This document shows, piece by piece, positions 29,223 through 32,000 of a stretch of DNA of 32,000 nucleotides. The translations under genes were made by a program, and so were the position numbers. The stretch covers positions 600,001 to 632,000 of the forward strand of contig NC_014148.1 in NCBI RefSeq assembly GCF_000092105.1, read 5' to 3'. The stretch comes from Planctopirus limnophila DSM 3776. Its GTDB lineage: Bacteria; Planctomycetota; Planctomycetia; Planctomycetales; Planctomycetaceae. The notes under the pieces were generated by a model. It made no database searches, was not told the origin of the DNA, and worked only from the letters and a program-made list of their open reading frames with translations. Position 1 is the stretch's first letter; each line of letters starts with the position of its first letter.

Positions 29223-29753
29223 TCATGCATCATCCTGACTTTTCGAAACAGGCTCGGGTCCACTCCTGCTCAGACGATCGACAAGTGCGAGAATCGTGGG
29301 AGTCCTGTAACTTCCGTGCATCTCGCTCACGCACCTTGCCGCTTCGCTTTCGTTGGTTCCCACTGCTGTGATCCAGAGTGGTCTCGAACTTTTCCCCCGA
29401 TAAACTTCAATCGCGTTTTTTGCTGTCGCAAACGAAGTCTTGGCCACACCGATCACCGGGACTTGACCTTCAAGTAACTCGAACAGGTGAGCACCCAACC
29501 CCCTTTTTCCGTTGGCATCGAGCCATACGTATCCGTCGACAACGATAAGGCTTGGTTTGGCAACAAGCTGATTCAGTACTGCCTTTATGCATGGCAGTTC
29601 GCGTTTGTAAAATTCTCCAGGGATGTAATCTTCGATGCTCGGAATCTCGACCGTGTGACTCCCCTGTGGCAACTCTGCCTTCCAATCGGAGATTGTGACG
29701 CATGCCGCCAGCGCAGATTGCACTTGATATCCGACATCGACGCAAGCGATCAC
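29223..29753 (-). CDS. nfi: Endonuclease V family protein (short form)
   Basis: 176 aa, GTG start preceded by AAAGGAGG. It aligns by eye to EndoV blocks: VDVGY (catalytic Asp), YIPGEFYKRELP (Glu), LIVVDGYVW (Asp), PVIGVAKT (Lys), PLWITAVG. It lacks about 30 N-terminal residues of E. coli Nfi. Confidence 0.7.
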   Translation of the reverse strand: MIACVDVGYQVQSALAACVTISDWKAELPQGSHTVEIPSIEDYIPGEFYKRELPCIKAVLNQLVAKPSLIVVDGYVWLDANGKRGLGAHLFELLEGQVPVIGVAKTSFATAKNAIEVYRGKSSRPLWITAVGTNESEAARCVSEMHGSYRTPTILALVDRLSRSGPEPVSKSQDDA

Positions 29754-29772
29754 AATTTCCTCCTTTGATTAA

Positions 29773-29917
29773 AACACCTGACGAGGTTGTGGCCAGAGTT
29801 ATTACCTCGACGGACGCAAAGCGACCTTCGAGGTTCCGGCCCATTGTTACATTAACGAGTGGACCGGGCGGGAATCGAACCTGCTAAACCATGTACTCCG
29901 AACCGGCAGTCAAGTGT
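29773..29917 (-). ncRNA. Structured RNA B: Y-RNA-like stem plus permuted tRNA-like domain (paralogue of RNA A)
   Basis: On the - strand the parts run in this order. Basal helix ACACUUGAC / GUCAGGUGU (9 bp, one G-U). Internal loop UGCCGGU / CCACAACCUC. Helix UCGGAGU / ACUCUGG. T-arm GCAGG-UUCGAUU-CCCGC. The acceptor 3' strand CCGGUCC pairs with GGGCCGG across an 18-nt closing loop. A long hairpin (CCUCGA...UCGAGG) replaces the D-arm. The RNA ends 20 nt before the EndoV start codon. Confidence 0.5.
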
Positions 29918-29918
29918 T

Positions 29919-30082
29919 GTTTCAAAACGATCGATGAAGAGATGTGTCAGAGGGTTTACGGCGCTCTACCACTGAGCTACGGCGCAATGAACTAAATCAA
30001 AGTTGCGCCAGTGGGATTCGAACCCACGACTTCCGGCTTATCAGGCTGTGCTCCAACTCGGCAGTCGATCGTTGTTTGAGAC
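29919..30082 (-). ncRNA. Structured RNA A: candidate YrlA-type Y RNA with a circularly permuted tRNA-like domain
   Basis: On the - strand the parts run in this order. Basal helix GUCUCAA-[AC bulge]-AACGAUCGA / UCGAUCGUU-UUGAAAC. Internal loop CUGCCGAG / CACAUCUCUUCA. Helix UUGGAG / CUCUGA. Anticodon-loop-like heptamer CUGAUAA. T-arm GUGGG-UUCGAAU-CCCAC. The acceptor 3' strand UGGCGCA is closed by a 17-nt loop onto the 5' strand UGCGCCG (7 bp). A fully canonical U8 A9 and D-arm GCUC-AGUGGUA-GAGC follow. Confidence 0.55.
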
Positions 30083-30156
30083 TTTAGGATTCAGGTTCCA
30101 GGTATCAGGTGTGGATTTCCTGAAGACTGACACCTGACTCCTAAAGACTGTTCTAG

Positions 30157-30228
30157 TAGCTCGACCAGGAGTCGAACCTGGAACTTCTCGTTAGAAGCGA
30201 GAGGTGATATCCACTTCACCATCGAGCT
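30157..30228 (-). tRNA. tRNA-Arg (anticodon UCU)
   Basis: AGCTCGA TG GTGA-AGTGGATA-TCAC C TCTCG CTTCTAA CGAGA AGTT CCAGG TTCGACT CCTGG TCGAGCT A. All stems are perfect. No CCA is encoded. Confidence 0.85.
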
Positions 30229-30234
30229 GCGAGC

Positions 30235-30279
30235 AGTCTTGAGGAGGGAGACTTGAGTCTGAAGAAAATCCTCAAGACT
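30235..30279. repeat. Spacer hairpin (11-bp perfect inverted repeat)
   Basis: AGTCTTGAGGA (30235..30245) pairs with TCCTCAAGACT (30269..30279), between tRNA-Ser(GCU) and tRNA-Arg(UCU). Confidence 0.8.
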
Positions 30280-30309
30280 CACATCTCACTCCTCACTACT
30301 GTTTTTGAG

Positions 30310-30395
30310 CGGAAGGTAAGGGATTCGAACCCATATAGCACGAATGCTGCACTGTTTAGCAAACAGGCCCGGCCAACCATATCCGGCTACCTTCC
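30310..30395 (-). tRNA. tRNA-Ser (anticodon GCU), type II
   Basis: 86 nt. Acceptor GGAAGGT/ACCTTCC, G73, anticodon loop TTGCTAA. The long variable arm is GCAGCATTCGTGCTAT (AGCA-TTCG-TGCT) and the T-loop is TTCGAAT. Position 8 is A, and there are single mismatches in the T and anticodon stems. Confidence 0.75.
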
Positions 30396-30398
30396 AAT

Positions 30399-30474
30399 TC
30401 AGGTTTCTGACCTCGGGTTTCAGAATTCAGGTTTTGAAATTCCTGAAGCCTGATAACTGACTCCTGAAACCTGA
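30399..30474. repeat. Spacer hairpins of the CAGGTTTC/GAAACCTG family
   Basis: Outer stem TCAGGTTTC (30399..30407) / GAAACCTGA (30466..30474). An inner stem TTCAGG...CCTGAA is also present. Confidence 0.7.
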
Positions 30475-30478
30475 TGAG

Positions 30479-30552
30479 TGACGCAGGCGGGATTTGAACC
30501 CGCAATCACGAAGGTTTAAGCTTCGCCGCTATTCCAATTCGCGTACCGCGTC
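30479..30552 (-). tRNA. Type I (short variable arm) tRNA with Leu anticodon UAA
   Basis: GACGCGG TA CGCG-AATTGGAAT-AGCG G CGAAG CTTAAAC CTTCG TGATT GCGGG TTCAAAT CCCGC CTGCGTC A. 74 nt with a 5-nt variable loop. U8, A14 and G18G19 are present. Confidence 0.7.
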
Positions 30553-30570
30553 GGAAAAAGTTTGAATTGA

Positions 30571-30620
30571 GAAGTGTGAAGTGTGAAATTTCAAACGTCG
30601 AACTTCACAATTCACACTTC
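30571..30620. repeat. Spacer palindrome of the GAAGT/ACTTC family
   Basis: 17-bp stem GAAGTGTGAAGTGTGAA / TTCACAATTCACACTTC (1 mismatch) with a 16-nt loop. Confidence 0.8.
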
Positions 30621-30624
30621 CAAA

Positions 30625-30697
30625 CGGCCTGCCAAGGAATCGAACCTTGTCTGAAAGTTTCGAAGACTCTCGTGCGAATCCATCACACTCGCGGGCC
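30625..30697 (-). tRNA. tRNA-Arg (anticodon UCG), non-canonical details
   Basis: GGCCCGC GA GTGT-GATGGATTC-GCAC G AGAGT CTTCGAA ACTTT CAGA CAAGG TTCGATT CCTTG GCAGGCC G. It has a C5xA68 mismatch, and positions 8 and 14 are G instead of U and A. Confidence 0.6.
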
Positions 30698-30745
30698 CTA
30701 TCAACACGTATCAGGGGGAAGGCATCAGGTTTCAGGAAGAGGAAA

Positions 30746-30817
30746 TATCCTTGCCAGGAGTTGAACCTGGTCCGTAACCTTCGCAGGGTTAAATGCAGTC
30801 CCTTACACCTCAAGGAC
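30746..30817 (-). tRNA. tRNA-Arg (anticodon GCG)
   Basis: GTCCTTG AG GTGT-AAGGGACT-GCAT T TAACC CTGCGAA GGTTA CGGA CCAGG TTCAACT CCTGG CAAGGAT A. It has a G1-U72 pair and A at position 8. Confidence 0.65.
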
Positions 30818-30851
30818 ATTAAATGGAACCTGAATCCTGAAACGTGATTAG

Positions 30852-30924
30852 TGGTGCAGGGGGGATTCGAACCCACAAACACTTGTTTCTAAAACAAGCC
30901 GCTCAGCCGCTGGCGTACTGCACC
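30852..30924 (-). tRNA. Type I (short variable arm) tRNA with Leu anticodon UAG
   Basis: GGTGCAG TA CGCC-AGCGGCTG-AGCG G CTTGT TTTAGAA ACAAG TGTTT GTGGG TTCGAAT CCCCC CTGCACC A. 73 nt with a 5-nt variable loop and one U50xC64 mismatch. Confidence 0.7.
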
Positions 30925-30934
30925 GAAAGAATTG

Positions 30935-30993
30935 TGAATTGAGAAGTTAGAACTGTGAAGTGGGAAGTTTCAAACTTCAAACTTCTGAATTCA
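30935..30993. repeat. Spacer palindrome of the GAAGT/ACTTC family
   Basis: Outer stem TGAATTGAGAAGTT / AACTTCTGAATTCA (1 mismatch). The inner palindrome is GAAGTTTCAAACTTC (30964..30978). Confidence 0.75.
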
Positions 30994-31003
30994 AACTTCC
31001 GAG

Positions 31004-31078
31004 CGACCCATACCGGATTTGAACCGGTGATCTCCGCCGTGACAGGGCGGCGTCCACTCCAGGCTGGACCAATAGGCC
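31004..31078 (-). tRNA. tRNA-Asp (anticodon GUC)
   Basis: GGCCTAT TG GTCC-AGCCTGGAGT-GGAC G CCGCC CTGTCAC GGCGG AGATC ACCGG TTCAAAT CCGGT ATGGGTC G. It has G73 and two G-U pairs in the acceptor stem. Confidence 0.8.
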
Positions 31079-31089
31079 GTAAACAAAAG

Positions 31090-31161
31090 AGGCGCTACCG
31101 AGATTCGAACTCGCGATCAGCGTGTTTTGCAGACACGCCCCGCACCAAGCGGATTAGCGCC
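31090..31161 (-). tRNA. tRNA-Cys (anticodon GCA)
   Basis: Acceptor GGCGCTA/TAGCGCC with U73 (a Cys identity element). Anticodon arm CGTGT-CTGCAAA-ACACG, T-arm GCGAG-TTCGAAT-CTCGG, compact D-arm CCGC-TTGGT-GCGG. Confidence 0.75.
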
Positions 31162-31170
31162 GTGATTAAA

Positions 31171-31243
31171 TCGTCCTGGACAGACTCGAACTGTCGATCG
31201 ACTGTTTGTAAGACAGATGCCTTCGCCGCTAGGCCACAGGACG
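31171..31243 (-). tRNA. tRNA-Val (anticodon UAC)
   Basis: CGTCCTG TG GCCT-AGCGGCGA-AGGC A TCTGT CTTACAA ACAGT CGATC GACAG TTCGAGT CTGTC CAGGACG A. Confidence 0.8.
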
Positions 31244-31259
31244 ATGCGTTTAAAAAGAG

Positions 31260-31341
31260 CGGAAGACCAGGGACTCGAACCCCGAAGCGCCAGGCGCCAG
31301 CCGTTTTCAAGACGGTTTCCTCATCCAGCCGGATGTCTTCC
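31260..31341 (-). tRNA. tRNA-Ser (anticodon UGA), type II
   Basis: 82 nt. Acceptor GGAAGAC/GTCTTCC, G73, anticodon loop CTTGAAA, variable arm with stem GCGC-CTG-GCGC (loop CUG on the - strand RNA), T-arm CGGGG-TTCGAGT-CCCTG. Confidence 0.75.
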
Positions 31342-31345
31342 AGAT

Positions 31346-31401
31346 CAGGTTTCAGGCATCAGGGATCAGGCTTCAGAGCGAGAAGGGGGACCTGAAACCT
31401 G
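31346..31401. repeat. Spacer hairpin of the CAGGTTTC/GAAACCTG family
   Basis: 11-bp perfect inverted repeat CAGGTTTCAGG (31346..31356) / CCTGAAACCTG (31391..31401). Confidence 0.8.
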
Positions 31402-31414
31402 AAGTCTGGCAAAG

Positions 31415-31488
31415 GGTGACCGATCGGAATTGAACCGACATCGACCTGGTTCACAGCCAGGTTCCTGAAACCAATACAGGACGGCCAC
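31415..31488 (-). tRNA. tRNA-His (anticodon GUG)
   Basis: Acceptor GTGGCCG/CGGTCAC with C73. Anticodon arm CCTGG-CTGTGAA-CCAGG, T-arm GTCGG-TTCAATT-CCGAT. The genomic nucleotide at position -1 is U, not G. Confidence 0.75.
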
Positions 31489-31490
31489 AT

Positions 31491-31565
31491 TGCCGGAGGC
31501 AGGAATCGAACCTGCGAGCTTCTGGTTCAGAGCCAGACGCAACGACCAACAGTTGCTACTCCGGT
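31491..31565 (-). tRNA. tRNA-Gln (anticodon CUG)
   Basis: Acceptor ACCGGAG/CTCCGGC (A1xC72 unpaired). D-arm GCAA...TTGC, anticodon arm TCTGG-CTCTGAA-CCAGA, T-arm GCAGG-TTCGATT-CCTGC. Confidence 0.7.
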
Positions 31566-31582
31566 AATTTGATATCTATCAA

Positions 31583-31654
31583 CCCGGGCGGAAGGAGTTG
31601 AACCTTCATACCACTGCTTCAAAGGCAGTTGGCTTACCATTAGCCGACATCCGA
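31583..31654 (-). tRNA. tRNA-Gln (anticodon UUG)
   Basis: D-arm GGCT-AATGGTA-AGCC, anticodon arm ACTGC-CTTTGAA-GCAGT, T-arm GAAGG-TTCAACT-CCTTC. The acceptor TCGGATG/CGCCCGG is weak (one AxC mismatch and two G-U pairs). Confidence 0.6.
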
Positions 31655-31672
31655 ACAACCTTCATCAAACAG

Positions 31673-31818
31673 AGTGCCATGTCGGAGTCGAACCGACCTG
31701 ACCGAATTGGAAGGTTTTTCACGTTGTTTCATGATCGACTTCGTTGGGGAATCAATCGTTGCACAACGTGTGACTTTCCGGCCACCTTTAAAAACCTTTG
31801 CCGCTCGGCCAATGGCAC
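31673..31818 (-). tRNA. 146-nt tRNA-like gene with a structured insertion of about 75 nt in the anticodon-arm position
   Basis: Perfect 7-bp acceptor GTGCCAT/ATGGCAC. Type-II-like 5' half TGGCCGAGCGGCAAAGG. T-arm GTCGG-TTCGACT-CCGAC. Between them lies a 9-bp helix AAGGTTTTT/AAAAACCTT enclosing an 8-bp helix CACGTTGT/ACAACGTG and a 6-bp helix GATTGA/TCGATC. No 7-nt anticodon loop is identifiable. Confidence 0.45.
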
Positions 31819-31829
31819 GGTGGGAGTTT

Positions 31830-31858
31830 GAAGTTCGAAGTTTCAAACTTCGAACTTC
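31830..31858. repeat. Uninterrupted copy of the palindrome that is split around the four-helix-bundle gene
   Basis: GAAGTTCGAAGTTT-C-AAACTTCGAACTTC has 14-nt arms identical to the outer 14 nt of the arms at 26772..26789 and 27187..27204. Confidence 0.85.
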
Positions 31859-31879
31859 TCAATTCACACTTCTGAAAGG

Positions 31880-31954
31880 CTCCGGCGGCAGGAATCGAAC
31901 CTGCGTCCAGGCGATTAACAGTCGCCTTCCCGTACCAGCACAGGACCCACCGGA
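31880..31954 (-). tRNA. tRNA-Asn (anticodon GUU)
   Basis: TCCGGTG GG TCCT-GTGCTGGTAC-GGGA A GGCGA CTGTTAA TCGCC TGGAC GCAGG TTCGATT CCTGC CGCCGGA G. It has the U1-A72 pair and G73 of tRNA-Asn. Position 8 is G. Confidence 0.7.
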
Positions 31955-32000
31955 GTAAGATCAGGTTTCAGACTTCAGGAGTCAGCTTTCAGGAGAAAAT

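Noticed and set aside
28707-29477. ORFs 28707..29036 (-) and 29133..29477 (+), plus 29470..29844 (-)
   Set aside because: The first overlaps the ligase start and runs through tRNA-Trp. The second is antisense to the EndoV gene. The third is an out-of-frame overlap of the EndoV gene and RNA B. None has a recognisable motif.
29773-29917. Sequence resemblance of CACUUGAC / GUCAGGUG (basal helix of RNA B) and GGUCC to the conserved Ro-binding helix of vertebrate Y RNAs (GGUCCGA / UUGACU, recalled from memory)
   Set aside because: The strand order is inverted relative to canonical Y RNAs, because the UUGAC strand is 5'. GGUCC is better explained as the acceptor strand of unit B. I cannot claim a canonical Ro-binding site without a covariance model or binding data.
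29980-30080. Reading 30003..30080 as an ordinary tRNA-Ile(GAU) gene and 29955..29986 as the 5' half of a separate tRNA
   Set aside because: The T-arm and the CUGAUAA loop have no matching acceptor 5' strand or D-arm upstream. The only perfect partner of the acceptor 3' strand lies downstream, giving a permuted layout. Two independent truncated pseudogenes would not be expected to pair 7/7 with each other, and the neighbouring unit B shows the same layout.
30529-31395. ORFs in the supplied track across the tRNA array (30529..30882 -, 30955..31395 +, 31674..31958 +, and others)
   Set aside because: They run through multiple tRNA cloverleaves and palindromic spacers. Their composition reflects tRNA sequence and there are no ribosome-binding sites. 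They are spurious.
31673-31818. Group I intron in a tRNA (as in cyanobacterial tRNA-Leu)
   Set aside because: The insertion is only about 75-100 nt, far below group I size, and no P3-P8-like core or internal guide was evident.
30085-32000. CRISPR array, because of regularly recurring short repeats
   Set aside because: The repeats are internally palindromic, belong to two different families, vary in length and sequence, and alternate with tRNA genes rather than unique spacers of uniform size. No cas genes are present.
25116-32000. Calling the island a prophage or integrative mobile element
   Set aside because: No integrase, transposase, phage structural genes or direct-repeat att sites are visible in the window. 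The upstream boundary lies outside it, so mobility cannot be claimed.

Overview
The window has two parts. Positions 1-19.6 kb (+ strand) hold a conserved translation/transcription cluster: rpoC 3' end, rpsL-rpsG, fusA, the S10/spc/alpha ribosomal-protein operons, secY, rpmJ (missed by the ORF track), rpoA and rplQ. tuf, rpmD, infA/adk/map and rpsD are absent from their usual slots. Gene content and the long low-complexity proteins suggest a Planctomycetota-like genome of about 50% GC, but this is only a guess. Positions 19.6-25 kb carry four lineage-specific genes: a HEAT-repeat protein, a small membrane ORF, a DUF4126-like membrane protein and a zinc-ribbon/disordered/TM protein. Positions 25.1-32 kb (all - strand except one inserted gene) form an RNA-centred island. 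It contains a Ro60/Rsr orthologue (TROVE+vWA), a DraRnl-type ATP-dependent RNA ligase, a lone tRNA-Trp and an N-terminally short endonuclease V homologue. It also contains two tandem paralogous structured RNAs with circularly permuted tRNA-like domains (the YrlA-type Y RNA architecture). Upstream of these lies an array of at least 15 tRNA or tRNA-like genes that runs off the window edge. The array members lack encoded CCA and several are non-canonical. They include two short-variable-arm tRNAs with Leu anticodons and a 146-nt tRNA-like gene with a structured insertion. The array spacers are built from two palindrome families. One family also brackets an oppositely oriented four-helix-bundle (23S-IVS-type) gene. 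All tRNA and ncRNA calls come from manual folding and need covariance-model confirmation.
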